A DNA stretch of 64,000 nucleotides from Synechococcus sp. GTDB lineage: Bacteria; Cyanobacteriota; Cyanobacteriia; PCC-6307; Cyanobiaceae. Below the pieces are notes generated by a model. The model had not been told where the DNA came from. It made no database searches and saw only the letters and a program-made list of their open reading frames with translations. The translations under genes and the position numbers were made by a program. This document shows positions 49,950 through 61,092 of this stretch, piece after piece (positions within the stretch are counted from its first letter, which is position 1; each line of letters begins with the position of its first letter). Where the stretch lies: positions 1,952,001-2,016,000 of the forward strand of contig JBJBDL010000003.1 in the NCBI GenBank assembly GCA_047285305.1, read 5' to 3'.

Positions 49950-51145
49950 GGGCTTGACGTTACGGGGCGGCTGAGCAGCTGCTCCAGGGCGTGCTCACAA
50001 TCCAGCACCAGATCGGCACACGAGCATCCACGCAACTGGGCGAGCAGCAAAAGAGCGCCGGCCCCCACCCCTTCTTTCACATAGCCCCGTTCGTAGTCAC
50101 GTAAGGGTTGATGGGTGCTGCTGTGAAAACGCACGCCGCAGGCCAGAACGGAGAGGGCAGCAGCCAGGTGGCCCGCAGTGGCATCCACCAGCCCGCCGAA
50201 GGGGGACTGACCTGCACCATCCGCAGCCTCATCGGCGAGCCAACCGGTGGTGCCAATCAGCACCTGGGCCGCCAGCTGGTCCCGCTGAAAAGTGGGCAAA
50301 GCCTGCATCGCCAAGGCCAGAACAGCCAGCATCTGGCAACCGCCCCCCAGCAACAACGGTTGTCCCGCGGACACCGCACCCACCAACACCCCTGCAGTGA
50401 AGGCCTGAAAAGGGTCACCAACAGCGGCCAGGATCTGCTCGGCCGAAGGATGCGCACCAAGCGAGGCCCGCTGAAGCCCCCGGACAACGAGATCTTTCTT
50501 GAGTTGCTGCGGCGGATGAAGAGCACTACCGCTGATCAGATGGGCAACCTCCACGCCGAGGGCCGTCAACACCGCTTGAGCGGTTGTGGTGCCCCCTGGA
50601 ACACACTCCGCCACCACCAAGGGGCGTTGCAACCCCCGCCCCAGCAGCTCTCCCTGTCGCCACAAATGCTGCACCCGCGGCAATGGCATCGCCGCACCAC
50701 TGGACAGGCAGGCCGAGGGGCCTTGGTCCAGGGGCTCGATGTGCAGGTGAGGAAAATCGGGTTTCTGAGCCAAGCCGAGGGCCGCCACCTGCGGCCTCAA
50801 CGTCAAGCGTCGCGCCGCGACATGGCTGAGCAGGGCGGGGGAGACGCCAGCGGGCAGAGGCGGCAGAGGCCAACGGCGCTGCCGCGCCGGCCCGTGAATC
50901 AGTAGCTCCGCATCAGCCAGGGCGGTGTAGCGCCGCGAAGCCACGGTGGAGCCAGCGGCTGAAATTCCTTCATGCTCAGCCGTTTGTGTGGCCGCCAGAA
51001 CGAGCAAAAGATCTAGCGGTTGATCGTTGGAGGTCCAGGGACGAAGTGCCGCTGCGTCCAACGTTCGTGCACCGAGACCTCCCAGCTGCTGGCAGCCCTC
51101 AGGCAACACCGAGGCTTCAGAGGGGATCGAGGGCGATGAGTCCAT
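49946..51145 (-). CDS. cobT: Nicotinate-nucleotide phosphoribosyltransferase, CobT/TIGR00303 type
   Basis: GISAAG, ECVPGGTTTA, GDP, YERGYVKEGVGAG. Confidence 0.88.
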   Translation of the reverse strand: MDSSPSIPSEASVLPEGCQQLGGLGARTLDAAALRPWTSNDQPLDLLLVLAATQTAEHEGISAAGSTVASRRYTALADAELLIHGPARQRRWPLPPLPAGVSPALLSHVAARRLTLRPQVAALGLAQKPDFPHLHIEPLDQGPSACLSSGAAMPLPRVQHLWRQGELLGRGLQRPLVVAECVPGGTTTAQAVLTALGVEVAHLISGSALHPPQQLKKDLVVRGLQRASLGAHPSAEQILAAVGDPFQAFTAGVLVGAVSAGQPLLLGGGCQMLAVLALAMQALPTFQRDQLAAQVLIGTTGWLADEAADGAGQSPFGGLVDATAGHLAAALSVLACGVRFHSSTHQPLRDYERGYVKEGVGAGALLLLAQLRGCSCADLVLDCEHALEQLLSRPVTSSP

Positions 51146-51770
51146 GCAGCAGCCTCGGGGGCTCCGGAATCGGTGATTTCAGGCGGGGAAAGATCCAGTA
51201 GGCCAAAGCATGAAGAGACAGCACATAGATGACCTCCTGAACCACCACCAACAGCAACGCCATCAACTGCACCTGGGTGAGATCCGGTGTGATCGGCAGA
51301 TGCAGTACCGCGATCAAGCGCTCGAGCAGAGCGGAACCGGCCCGGGTGATCACGACCCAGAGGTTTTCTCCCACGAGCAACGAAAGCACCAGAACTCGCA
51401 CCAAAAACCCTGCCGTTCCAAGAACAACGCCCCCCGACCAGCTCAGCCACCAGCTGATCCCCCGGCACCAGCTCCAGCCCAGCCAGAGCGACAAAAGGCC
51501 GTAGGGAAACAGCAGCAGCGGTCCACGCAAAGGCCCCATCAAGGCGGTGAGCAGCAGCACAGAGAGCAGCAGACCCTCTGCACCGGAACGGTTGCCACGA
51601 CGCAACTGCAGCAGGATCAGGGGCAAGGGAAGGGCCAGACGGAACAGCGCACCACCCACCGGCAAGTAGTACAGAGCCAACCAGATCAGCCCAGTCGCTG
51701 CCGCGAGATATGCCCCCTCAACCAGCCTCAGAGCCTGCTGGCGGCTCAACCGGGGGGTCGCGTCGGTCAT
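51117..51770 (-). CDS. DUF2232 family membrane protein
   Basis: LVEGAYLAA, GPLRG, GENLW; multi-TM. Confidence 0.82.
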   Translation of the reverse strand: MTDATPRLSRQQALRLVEGAYLAAATGLIWLALYYLPVGGALFRLALPLPLILLQLRRGNRSGAEGLLLSVLLLTALMGPLRGPLLLFPYGLLSLWLGWSWCRGISWWLSWSGGVVLGTAGFLVRVLVLSLLVGENLWVVITRAGSALLERLIAVLHLPITPDLTQVQLMALLLVVVQEVIYVLSLHALAYWIFPRLKSPIPEPPRLLHGLIALDPL

Positions 51771-52195
51771 GGTTCAACCCGCTCAATCCGTTCCACCGCA
51801 AAGCCAACATCCGCCTCACGCAGGGCGCGGGTGACGGCTTCAGCAGGAGCGGCAGGGTCGGCTCCGACCAAACGGATGGTGATCCGGTAGGGCGCCTGGG
51901 GCAGACGTTGGGATGACACCGTCCGCGGTTTTGGCTGTGGAACGGGATCAGGAGCATCCGTTGCCTCAGACAGGGAAACAGCCTCGGCCGCCGGCGTTGA
52001 GAGGCCCTCAGCAGTAGGGCTGGCAACCGATGGGCTGACAACTGCTGGGCTGGTCTTCACAACCGGTGCGGGCGCAGCTGCCTGGGCCGGCCTGGCTTCA
52101 GGCACCGCGAAGGAGCGTTCCAACTGTTCAGCGACCGGTGTGCCGGCACAGGCCTGCAGGAGCCCCACAGGCAGCAGCCAAAGCAGACGGGCCAT
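51767..52195 (-). CDS. Hypothetical lipoprotein
   Basis: LLQAC lipobox, Pro/Ala linker, C-terminal YRITIRL..ADP.APAE.VT.ALR domain. Confidence 0.75.
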   Translation of the reverse strand: MARLLWLLPVGLLQACAGTPVAEQLERSFAVPEARPAQAAAPAPVVKTSPAVVSPSVASPTAEGLSTPAAEAVSLSEATDAPDPVPQPKPRTVSSQRLPQAPYRITIRLVGADPAAPAEAVTRALREADVGFAVERIERVEP

Positions 52196-54894
52196 CAGTT
52201 GTCAGCCGGCTTGATCACCCGCACCGCACTGGCTCTGAGCCGACCGGTCTTGGTGGTGGCGGGGGGTTTCTTGGCCGCTGGTTTCTTGGCGGCTGGTTTC
52301 TTGGCAGCTGTTTTTTTCGCGGCGGTTTTACGACCGCCCTTCTTCGATGCTGCCTTGGCGGCAAGCAGTTCCACCGCTTCTTCAAGGGTCACATCGTCAG
52401 CGCCCTTGCCTTCCGGCAGCGAGGCATTCATCTTGCCCTGTTTGACATACAGGCCGTAAGGACCGTCATAGACCTGAATCGTTTCATCACTGCCCTCAGG
52501 CTTACCGAGGTCCTTGAGGGCGGTGCGTCCACCCCGACCCCGTTTGGGCATGGCCAGCAGCTCAAGGGCACGGCTCAGCCCCACCGCCAGAACATCGTCA
52601 TCCCCCTTGATCGATCGGTAATCCTTTTCGCCCTTGCCCTTGTCCCAGACGACGTACGGGCCAAAGCGGCCCAGCCCCGCCTGAATGCGCCCACCATCAG
52701 GATGTTCGCCGAGAAGACGCGGCAAGCGGAGCAATCCGAGGGCATCCTCCAGGGTGAGATCCTCCGGCTTCTGCCCCTTGGGCAGAGAGGCACGTTTGGG
52801 CTTGGGGTTCTCATCACTCACCTGGCCCCGCTGCACATAAGGCCCGTACTGGCCGAAGAGCAGGTAGACCAAATCCCCCGTTTCCGGATCCTCACCGATG
52901 GCTTCGGGGCCGTCGGCCTTCTGTTTGAGGATCAGTTCGGCCTGCTCTTCATCCAGATCAGCCGGAGTGATCTCCCGGGGCAAGGTGGCCTTGATCAGCT
53001 CTTCCTCACCGTCGTCGCTGACCCGTTTGGCCTCCAGGTAGGCGCCAAAGCGGCCGATGCGAACCACGGAGGACAAGCCCTCCAGATCGATGGTGCGGGA
53101 TGCACCGGGGTCAATATCCCCTTCCCGTTGCTGCACCTGGTTTTCCAGGCCTTCATCACCCTTGAAGAAGCCCTCCAGGTAAGGCAACCACTGCACCTTG
53201 CCGTGGGAGATCTCATCGAGGGTGTTCTCCATTCGAGCGGTGAAGCTGGTGTCCACCAGTTCAGGGAAATGCTCCTCGAGCAACGCCGTCACAGCAAAGG
53301 CGGTGAAGCTGGGGGTCAGGGCGTTGCCCAACAGCGTGGCGTAGCCGCGATCCACGATCGTTCCAATGATCGAGGCGTAGGTCGACGGCCGGCCGATGCC
53401 CTCCTTTTCCAGCATCTTCACCAGCGATGCCTCGCTGAACCGTGCCGGCGGCTGGGTCTGATGGCCAAGGGGCTCAACGGTCTTCGGCTCCGGTGCATCG
53501 CCAACGCTCAACGCCGGCAGCAACACTTCCTGACCCTCAAGAGCCGCATCGGGATCATCACTGCCTTCCACGTAGGCGCGAAAGAAACCGGGGAAGTCGA
53601 TGCGCTTGCCGCTGGCCCGGAAACTGGCCTCGCCTGAGCTGAGATCCACCGAGAGCATCGTGAGCCTGGCTTCAGCCATCTGGCTGGCCACGGTGCGCTT
53701 CCAGATCAGCTCATACACCGCCAGATCTCGTCCATCCAGACCGGTCTCACCGGGGGTTCGGAAGCTTTCGCCGGATGGACGAATCGCTTCATGGGCCTCC
53801 TGGGCATTGCGGGCTTTGGTGCTGAACTGCCGCGGCCCTTTGCTCAGATACTCCTTGCCGTAAAGGCTCTCCACGCAGTTGCGGGATGCGTTGATCGCCT
53901 GATCCGACAAGTGAACCGAGTCGGTCCGCATGTAGGTGATGAAACCGCGTTCGTAGAGCCCCTGGGCACAGCGCATGGTTTCCCGGGCTGAGAGGCGCAG
54001 CTTGCGATTCGCCTCCTGTTGGAGGGTGCTGGTGGTGAAGGGAGGCACCGGCTTGCGCACGGTGGGCTTCTCCTCCACCGCATCCACAGTCCAGGCGCTG
54101 GTTCGCACGGATTCAGCCAACGCCTTGGCCTCGCTCTCGCTGAGCAGCCGCACGGCACTGCCCGCCTTCAGCCCGCCGGTGCTCTCGTCGAAGTCGTTAC
54201 CGGTGGCGATCCGCTGGCCACCTACATGGGTCAGCTTGGCCTCAAAGGCACTGCCCGACTGCTCAAGCTGGGCCTTGAGGTCCCAGTAACTGCCGCTGCG
54301 GAAGGCGCGGCGGACCCGTTCCCGTTGAACCAGGAGCCGAACCGCAACGGACTGCACCCGCCCGGCGGAGAGTCCCCAGGCCACCTTTTTCCAGAGGAGA
54401 GGGGACAGGGTGTACCCCACAAGGCGATCCAAAATCCGCCGGGTTTCCTGGGCATGGACCAGCTCCATGTCCAGGTCGCGGGTCTGATCCAGGGCCTTGC
54501 CGATGGCCTCCTTGGTGATCTCGTGAAACACCATGCGCTTCACCGGCACTTTCGGCGCCAGCAGCTCGAGGAGGTGCCAACTGATGCTTTCGCCTTCCCG
54601 GTCTTCGTCAGTCGCCAGGAGCAACTGATCAGCACCCTTGAGGGCGTCCTTGAGTTCGCGAACCGTCTTCTTCTTGTCCTTCGGGACCACGTACAGCGGC
54701 TCGAAATCCGCGTCGGTGTTCACACCGAGGTTGGCCCATTTCTGCCCCTTGGCGGATGCCGGAATCTCGCTGGCGTTGTTGGGAAGGTCGCGGACATGCC
54801 CCATGGAGGCTTCGACCTTGAATCCCTTGGGAAGGAAGCCACGGATGGTCTTGGCCTTCGTGGGGCTCTCAACGATGACGAGGGTGTGCGCCAC
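52195..54894 (-). CDS. topA: DNA topoisomerase I
   Basis: [33 protein letters not shown], Lys-rich tail. Confidence 0.98.
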   Translation of the reverse strand: MAHTLVIVESPTKAKTIRGFLPKGFKVEASMGHVRDLPNNASEIPASAKGQKWANLGVNTDADFEPLYVVPKDKKKTVRELKDALKGADQLLLATDEDREGESISWHLLELLAPKVPVKRMVFHEITKEAIGKALDQTRDLDMELVHAQETRRILDRLVGYTLSPLLWKKVAWGLSAGRVQSVAVRLLVQRERVRRAFRSGSYWDLKAQLEQSGSAFEAKLTHVGGQRIATGNDFDESTGGLKAGSAVRLLSESEAKALAESVRTSAWTVDAVEEKPTVRKPVPPFTTSTLQQEANRKLRLSARETMRCAQGLYERGFITYMRTDSVHLSDQAINASRNCVESLYGKEYLSKGPRQFSTKARNAQEAHEAIRPSGESFRTPGETGLDGRDLAVYELIWKRTVASQMAEARLTMLSVDLSSGEASFRASGKRIDFPGFFRAYVEGSDDPDAALEGQEVLLPALSVGDAPEPKTVEPLGHQTQPPARFSEASLVKMLEKEGIGRPSTYASIIGTIVDRGYATLLGNALTPSFTAFAVTALLEEHFPELVDTSFTARMENTLDEISHGKVQWLPYLEGFFKGDEGLENQVQQREGDIDPGASRTIDLEGLSSVVRIGRFGAYLEAKRVSDDGEEELIKATLPREITPADLDEEQAELILKQKADGPEAIGEDPETGDLVYLLFGQYGPYVQRGQVSDENPKPKRASLPKGQKPEDLTLEDALGLLRLPRLLGEHPDGGRIQAGLGRFGPYVVWDKGKGEKDYRSIKGDDDVLAVGLSRALELLAMPKRGRGGRTALKDLGKPEGSDETIQVYDGPYGLYVKQGKMNASLPEGKGADDVTLEEAVELLAAKAASKKGGRKTAAKKTAAKKPAAKKPAAKKPPATTKTGRLRASAVRVIKPADN

Positions 54895-55005
54895 TAGCGG
54901 CAGGTAAACCGTTCCCCTTCTTTATCGCACCGAGCAGCGCTCTGCATGACCGTCGGCGCGTCAAGCGCCGCTACAGTCGCCCCAGCGCAACGGTTCCAGG
55001 CTGCC

Positions 55006-56577
55006 ATGCCCGACATGGGTGCTTTCCTTCTCGCCACCCAGGCCACGGCTGCCCCTGGTGAGCTGCTGAATCTCTCTCTCAACGCCTCCGCCGTACTGCC
55101 CGAAGCTGCAGTTCTGCTGGCGATGATCGCCACCCTCTTGGTGGACCTGGCCGGCGAAAAAGTCGCCACACGTTGGGTGCCGCCGATTTGTTACGTGGGC
55201 CTGGGGACCTCCCTGGTGCTGCTGGCCCTGCAGTGGAACGCACCGCTGGAGCCCTCGTTCCTTGGAGCCTTCCTCGCCGACAACCTGGCGGTGGCGTTCC
55301 GAGCTGTGATTGCCTTGTCAACGCTTCTGTCGCTGCTGATCAGCTGGCGTTACGCGGAGAAGAGCGGCACACCTGTTGGCGAGTACGCCGCCATCCTCCT
55401 TGCCGCAACCCTCGGCGCCATGCTCCTTTGCGGGGCAACGGATCTGGTGAGTGTGTTCATCTCGCTGGAGACGCTCTCCGTCGCCAGCTATTTGCTGTCG
55501 GGCTACATGAAGCGGGATGCCCGCAGCTCGGAAGCAGCACTCAAATATCTGCTCGTGGGATCGGCAGCCGCTGCTGTCTTCCTGTACGGCTCTTCCCTGC
55601 TGTACGGCCTGAGCGGCAGCACCAGCCTCGACACCATCGGCCTGGCACTGCAAACCAGCACCACACCTCTGGCTGCTTTGGCCCTGGTGTTCGTCTTGGC
55701 CACCGTTGCATTCAAGATCGCAGCCGTTCCCTTCCACCAATGGACGCCTGACGTCTACGAAGGCTCACCAACCCCTGTTGTGGCGTTCCTTTCCGTGGGT
55801 TCCAAAGCAGCCGGATTCGCCCTTGCTCTTCGCATCCTGGTGGGTTGCTTTGGTGCCTTCGACGATCAATGGAAATTGCTCTTCACTGTTCTGGCGGTGT
55901 TGAGCATGACCCTTGGCAACGTCGTTGCCCTCGCCCAGACCTCGATGAAGCGAATGCTGGCCTACAGCTCGATCGGCCAGGCCGGCTTCGTGATGATCGG
56001 CATGGTCTGCGGCACCGAAGACGGTTTCGCGGCCATGGTTCTGTACATGGCGGCCTACCTGTTCATGAACCTGGGGGCCTTCGCCTGCATCATCCTCTTC
56101 TCGATCCGCACAGGAAGCGATCGGATTTCAGATTATGCGGGGCTTTACCAGAAGGATCCCCTGATCACCCTCGGCCTGAGTCTTTGCCTGCTTTCGCTGG
56201 GTGGCATTCCGCCAATGCTGGGTTTCTTCGGAAAGATCTATCTGTTCTTTGCCGGTTGGGCGAACCACGAATACTTGCTGGTGGTGGTTGGCCTGGTCAC
56301 CTCCGTGGTGTCGATCTATTACTACATCTCCGTAATCAAAATGATGGTGGTGAAGGAGCCCCAGGAGGCCTCCGATGTAGTCAAGGCCTACCCCGACGTC
56401 AATTGGTCATTGATGGGGATGCAGCCGCTTCGGGTTGCCCTGATTGGATGTGTGGCGATCACCGCCGTTGGTGGAATCCTCTCCAATCCCCTGTTCCAGT
56501 GGGCCAACACAGCGGTTGCAGGAACTCCATTGCTTCAACAGGCCATCGCCCTGTCAAGCCTGAAGGGTCTTGGCTGA
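55006..56577 (+). CDS. ndhB: NAD(P)H-quinone oxidoreductase subunit 2
   Basis: [39 protein letters not shown]. Confidence 0.97.
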   Translation: MPDMGAFLLATQATAAPGELLNLSLNASAVLPEAAVLLAMIATLLVDLAGEKVATRWVPPICYVGLGTSLVLLALQWNAPLEPSFLGAFLADNLAVAFRAVIALSTLLSLLISWRYAEKSGTPVGEYAAILLAATLGAMLLCGATDLVSVFISLETLSVASYLLSGYMKRDARSSEAALKYLLVGSAAAAVFLYGSSLLYGLSGSTSLDTIGLALQTSTTPLAALALVFVLATVAFKIAAVPFHQWTPDVYEGSPTPVVAFLSVGSKAAGFALALRILVGCFGAFDDQWKLLFTVLAVLSMTLGNVVALAQTSMKRMLAYSSIGQAGFVMIGMVCGTEDGFAAMVLYMAAYLFMNLGAFACIILFSIRTGSDRISDYAGLYQKDPLITLGLSLCLLSLGGIPPMLGFFGKIYLFFAGWANHEYLLVVVGLVTSVVSIYYYISVIKMMVVKEPQEASDVVKAYPDVNWSLMGMQPLRVALIGCVAITAVGGILSNPLFQWANTAVAGTPLLQQAIALSSLKGLG

Positions 56578-57268
56578 GGCTGTGCAGCAGCCGGTTGCTG
56601 AGCTCAGGGGGATCAGCAAGATCTATGGATCTGGTGATCTCGAAGTCAAAGCTCTGGACCAACTGAATCTCACCGTTCAGGAGGGGGATTACCTGGCGGT
56701 GATGGGGGCCAGCGGCTCAGGCAAGAGCACGGCGATGAACATCCTTGGCTGCCTCGACCGGCCCACCAGTGGCACCTACCGGCTCAATGGCACGGCCGTT
56801 GAACAGTTGGATGACGATGCCTTAGCCGACGTTCGCAACCGCTCGCTCGGATTTGTCTTTCAGCAGTTCCATCTGCTCGGCCACGCCAGCGCCATGGAGA
56901 ACGTGATGCTCCCGATGATCTATGCGGGGGTGCCCAGGGAGGAACGGATCGAGCGTGCCCAATCGGCCCTGCGCCGCGTTGGTCTAGCGCAGCGTTTGGA
57001 GAACAAGCCCAATCAGCTCTCCGGAGGGCAGCAGCAACGGGTGGCCATCGCCCGGGCCATCATCAACCGCCCCAGTCTGCTGCTGGCGGACGAACCCACA
57101 GGGGCTCTGGACTCCAGCACCACCGCCGAGGTGCTGGAACTGTTTGATGAACTCCACCAACAGGGCATCACCCTGGTGATGGTGACCCATGAGGACGATG
57201 TGGCGGCCCGAGCACAACGCATTGCTCGATTCCAGGATGGTCGGGCGCTCACTGGATGCCCACAATGA
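56570..57268 (+). CDS. ABC transporter ATP-binding protein (LolD/SalX-like)
   Basis: [30 protein letters not shown]. Confidence 0.94.
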   Translation: MAEAVQQPVAELRGISKIYGSGDLEVKALDQLNLTVQEGDYLAVMGASGSGKSTAMNILGCLDRPTSGTYRLNGTAVEQLDDDALADVRNRSLGFVFQQFHLLGHASAMENVMLPMIYAGVPREERIERAQSALRRVGLAQRLENKPNQLSGGQQQRVAIARAIINRPSLLLADEPTGALDSSTTAEVLELFDELHQQGITLVMVTHEDDVAARAQRIARFQDGRALTGCPQ

Positions 57269-57386
57269 GTGCAGTGCCCCTGCGCCCCTGGAGGATGCCC
57301 CGTGCACTCAGCAGCTGATCAGCACGAGTCAACCCAGCATCAAACGAGACGGCAACACCAACTAATCCTCTGAGTCGGCAGCCAAC

Positions 57387-58169
57387 TCAAGGCCAGCGGC
57401 GCCAGGTTTCAGTCCTTGAACCCTGACGCAACCGAAGCCCCCCATCGCGTTCAAGGCCATCAATCCTCCAGATCTGACCGTCTTGAGGATGGATGAGCTG
57501 ATCGGACCAGAGCCGGGCCTGAACACCATCGAGGCACCAGGTCCCATCGCCTCCTTCATCGTGACAATGATCGAAGGCCAGCAAAACCTCAGCCGTCCAC
57601 CGGATGGGATCCGCAGCCTGCTGCCCTTCAAGCCTTCTCAGGGCAATGGCATGGCCAGGAACTGCATTCCGCACATTCAGGCCCAGGCCGATGCGCAGCA
57701 AACGCAGCTGGGAGCCCCGCTGCACCACCCCTGGCAGTAGGCCCGCCAATTTGCGGCCGTTCACGAACAGGTCGTTGGGCCATTTGATCTGAACCGAAAG
57801 GCCCTGCTGCTCAAGCCGTTGCACCACCGACAGGGCCAGCGCCAAGCCAAGCAAGCCGGCCTGACCGGACCCTTGGCTCCGCCAAGGCAAAGCAGCGCTG
57901 ATCCAGACACCACCTGGCGGAGAAACCCAGGCGCGCCCCCATTGGCCGACTCCCCGGCGCTGGTGGGTGGCAATGACGGCGCGAGGTCCCATCAATGAAG
58001 GCTGATCGCGCAACCAGGCCCCCAGCAGCTCCTCCGTGCTGCTGCACACAGGCACATGACGGATGGTCCAATGGCGTGCCGAGGCCCCAGCGAGGCGGCG
58101 ATACATCGCCATCAACCGACCACCACCGCGGTGTGGGAATCGATGTTGCGGCATGCGTGGATCAGTCAT
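57387..58169 (-). CDS. birA: Biotin--[acetyl-CoA-carboxylase] ligase (start uncertain)
   Basis: Q.RG.GQWGR.W.SP.GG, IKWPNDL..GRKLAG, IGLGLNV. Confidence 0.92.
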   Translation of the reverse strand: MTDPRMPQHRFPHRGGGRLMAMYRRLAGASARHWTIRHVPVCSSTEELLGAWLRDQPSLMGPRAVIATHQRRGVGQWGRAWVSPPGGVWISAALPWRSQGSGQAGLLGLALALSVVQRLEQQGLSVQIKWPNDLFVNGRKLAGLLPGVVQRGSQLRLLRIGLGLNVRNAVPGHAIALRRLEGQQAADPIRWTAEVLLAFDHCHDEGGDGTWCLDGVQARLWSDQLIHPQDGQIWRIDGLERDGGLRLRQGSRTETWRRWP

Positions 58170-59352
58170 CCATCGCATCCGCGAGACGCGATGCAGCGTC
58201 CACCAACTCATTCACTGGCCGCACCAGCGCCATGCGCAGCCACTGGCGACCGCCGCCACCAAACCCAGACCCAGGGGTCAAGGCGACACCGCTCCGCTGA
58301 AGCAGTTCCCTCGCGGCATCTTCATCACTCCAACCCCGACGATGGGCCGCATCAGGCAAGGGGAACCAGAGATACATCGCCATCTCTGGACAGGGAACCG
58401 ACCAACCGCGTGCCCTGAGGGTCTCGACCACACGATCCCGTCGTTCGCGATAGATCGGATGCAGTTGCCGCGGCCAATCGGGAAAGCGTTGCAACGCCTG
58501 GATCGCACCCTGCTGCAGAGCCAGGCTCTGGTTGAAATCGATGACGGCCTTGGCGCGACGCAGGGCGGCAATCAGCGGTGCAGCACCAACTGCAAAACCA
58601 AGTCTGAATCCCCCAAGGCACCAGCCCTTCGAAAGGGAGAAAAATTCAATGCCGCACTCCCTCCAGTTCGGAGCCTGCAGAAGCGAGGGAGGCTCTCCAT
58701 CCAGGGCGAGATCCACATAGGGATTGTCGTGAGCGATCACCACGTCGTGCCGAGCTGCGATCGCCATGATGCGATTGAGATCCTCCTGATCCCCCACCCG
58801 GGCTGAAGGGTTGTGGGGATACCCCAAGACGAACAACTTCAGTTGCTCCCACAGCTGGGGGCTGATGGTCGTCAGATCCGGCCGCCAGTCGTTTTCAGGG
58901 GAGAGGGCCAGGGCCTTGGTCCGGGCTCCCGCCAGGTGCAATCCACCGGTATGGGACGGATAACAAGGGTCCAAATGCAGGGCGGCGTCACCCGGATCAA
59001 GCACCGCCAGCGGCAGATGGGCGGTTCCTTCCTGGGATCCCACCAACAACTGGACGTCATGATCAGGATCCACAGCAACGTCGAAGCGATGCCGGCACCA
59101 GTCCGAGACGGCGGCATGAAAAGGCCTCAATCCGGCTTGAAGGCAATAGGAGCCGCTGCTGGACTCCAAGACTGCTGAGGCAATGTTGTCCAACAACGCC
59201 GTGGGCGGCCGAAGATCAGACGATCCGATGGAGAGATCCACCAGATCCGGACCTACCGAAGAAGACGCATCGAGCCGATAAGCCTGTTTGGCGGCATCAA
59301 CACGGGCAAAAACAGCGCTGCCCAGCGAGGCAAGCCGGTTAGAGGTTGGCAT
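58162..59352 (-). CDS. PLP-dependent class I/II aminotransferase
   Basis: YPHNPS, HDNPY, SLSKGWCLGGFRLG (PLP Lys). Confidence 0.9.
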   Translation of the reverse strand: MPTSNRLASLGSAVFARVDAAKQAYRLDASSSVGPDLVDLSIGSSDLRPPTALLDNIASAVLESSSGSYCLQAGLRPFHAAVSDWCRHRFDVAVDPDHDVQLLVGSQEGTAHLPLAVLDPGDAALHLDPCYPSHTGGLHLAGARTKALALSPENDWRPDLTTISPQLWEQLKLFVLGYPHNPSARVGDQEDLNRIMAIAARHDVVIAHDNPYVDLALDGEPPSLLQAPNWRECGIEFFSLSKGWCLGGFRLGFAVGAAPLIAALRRAKAVIDFNQSLALQQGAIQALQRFPDWPRQLHPIYRERRDRVVETLRARGWSVPCPEMAMYLWFPLPDAAHRRGWSDEDAARELLQRSGVALTPGSGFGGGGRQWLRMALVRPVNELVDAASRLADAMDD

Positions 59353-59674
59353 CCAGGAAGGACTGCAGCTGCGGTTTGGCGATGGCACCTTCATGCCGTG
59401 CCACCACTTCACCGTTGCGGAAGAGGATCAGTGTGGGGATGCCCTGAACCTGATAAGCGTCACGGGTCTGGGGATTGGCATCCACCTCGAGCTTGCCGAC
59501 GCTGACGCGATCGCCGTAGTCGCTCGCGACCCAATCCATTAACGGAGCGATCAGTCGGCAGGGGCCGCACCAGGCAGCCCAGAAATCGACGAGGACCGTG
59601 CCGGAAGCCTTGAGGACTTCACGTTCAAAACCAGCGTCGGTGAAATCGGCAACAGCTCCAGCCAAGGCACTCAA
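59339..59674 (-). CDS. Thioredoxin
   Basis: VDFWAAWCGPC, GIPTL. Confidence 0.95.
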   Translation of the reverse strand: MSALAGAVADFTDAGFEREVLKASGTVLVDFWAAWCGPCRLIAPLMDWVASDYGDRVSVGKLEVDANPQTRDAYQVQGIPTLILFRNGEVVARHEGAIAKPQLQSFLDANL

Positions 59675-59721
59675 ATGACTGAACTGATCCTATGGAAAGC
59701 CGGACGACTTTCTCGGGTTGA

Positions 59722-60495
59722 TTAGAGCTTGTCGATGGATCGCTTTAAGTCTTCAAGTTCAGCATCCACCTCTTCCACCTGCACGGGCTTCACGGCCTCG
59801 GAGGTTTCAGACGCGGGAAGAGCAATGGCTTCTGGGCCTCCCTTCAGCTGAGCGCGCAACGCCTCGAGATCATCATCAACGCCGCCACCGCTTTCCAAAG
59901 CCGCGAACTGACTCTCCAGATCAGATCCAGCCAACTCAGCCGCAGCCTGGCCGGTGGCCTCAAGGGCCTCCACCTTTTCCTCCATCCGTTCGAAGGCCGC
60001 CATGGCGGAATCAGTGCCGATGCTGCCGACGGCACTTTGCAACTGCTGCTGGGCCTTGGCCGCCTGGGCCCTTGCCTTGAGCATGTCCTTCTTGGTCTTT
60101 GCCTCAGCGATCTTTCCTTCGAGGGCAACCAGACTCTTCTTGAGCGATTCCACCTGGCCGTCTTGGGCCTGCACCTGGGCCGTCAGCGAGGTTGCCGTCT
60201 CCTGGAACGTCTTGCGTCGGGTCAAAGCCTCCCGAGCCAGGGATTCCTCACCCTTCTTCAATGCCAGCTCGGCACGCTCGTACCAGGTCTTTGATTGAGC
60301 TGCAGCCTGCTCAGCCTGGCTGGTCAGGCGCTTCTGACTCGCGATCGCCAGGGCGACGGCTTGACGCAACTTGACCAGATCCGCCTGCATGTCGGCGACG
60401 GATTGATCGAGGATCTTGGCGGGGTCCTCCATGCTGCTGACAGCAGCGTTGGCGTTGGCGCGAACCAGCCTGCTCAGCCGATCAAAGAAACCCAT
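59722..60495 (-). CDS. vipp1: PspA/IM30 (Vipp1) family protein
   Basis: MGFFDRLSR.VRAN.N, EDP.KILDQ, coiled coil, C-terminal extension helix. Confidence 0.92.
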   Translation of the reverse strand: MGFFDRLSRLVRANANAAVSSMEDPAKILDQSVADMQADLVKLRQAVALAIASQKRLTSQAEQAAAQSKTWYERAELALKKGEESLAREALTRRKTFQETATSLTAQVQAQDGQVESLKKSLVALEGKIAEAKTKKDMLKARAQAAKAQQQLQSAVGSIGTDSAMAAFERMEEKVEALEATGQAAAELAGSDLESQFAALESGGGVDDDLEALRAQLKGGPEAIALPASETSEAVKPVQVEEVDAELEDLKRSIDKL

Positions 60496-60559
60496 GACAT
60501 GGCGTCAGACGCGCTGAGATTAGCGAGGTTCCCGCTGCAGTTCTGCCTAGGATCAGCCC

Positions 60560-61081
60560 ATGGCGGTTGCACCTGAATCCCAACGGCGTCGCCTACCAGG
60601 CTTGGAGCTGCTCCAATCAGCTGCGCCAGCGCCGGCGGAACCCTTGAAAACCTGCCTGGGAGCACTTCAGAGTGAGTGGCGCAAGGATCACCATCTCGCA
60701 GCGCTATGGCAGGACTGGCCGAGAGTTGCGGGAGCACAACTGGCACCGCACTGCCGACCCTTATCGCTGCAACGCGGAGTGCTGACCGTGGGAGCCAGCC
60801 ATCCCCAATGGCGCCAGGCTCTCCTTTACAACAAGCCCCAACTGATCAACGCCTTGCACCAAGCCGGCCACGCGGTGCGTGATCTGCGCATTCAGCAACA
60901 CCACTCCCTCCAATCCCCAGTGCTGGAGAGCGAAGCCAGCATTTGGGCCAAGCACCCGAGCCGCACCGATGTCCATGGCATGGGGACATGTCCGGACTGC
61001 GGCCGACCAGCGCCCAACGGAGAAATCAAGCTCTGGGGGCACTGCGGTTTTTGCCATCGCCAGAGCCTGTCACCCTCTTAA
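60560..61081 (+). CDS. DUF721 (DciA-like) protein with Zn ribbon
   Basis: W..VAG..LA.H.RP..L..G.L.V; CPDC...CGFC. Confidence 0.85.
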   Translation: MAVAPESQRRRLPGLELLQSAAPAPAEPLKTCLGALQSEWRKDHHLAALWQDWPRVAGAQLAPHCRPLSLQRGVLTVGASHPQWRQALLYNKPQLINALHQAGHAVRDLRIQQHHSLQSPVLESEASIWAKHPSRTDVHGMGTCPDCGRPAPNGEIKLWGHCGFCHRQSLSPS

Positions 61082-61092
61082 GGCTCAACAAC

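Noticed and set aside
52255..52345. KKxAA repeats at the topA C-terminus and GGM repeats at the groEL2 C-terminus
   Set aside because: Well-known low-complexity tails of these proteins
52066..54897. Long antisense ORFs (for example 52066-53637; also 16679-17758, 44428-45543, 47633-48808)
   Set aside because: Shadow frames of well-conserved genes, expected in high-GC DNA
57266..57310. TGAGTGCA...TGCACTCA inverted repeat between convergent genes
   Set aside because: Short stem, long loop and no U-tract; not enough to call a terminator or ncRNA
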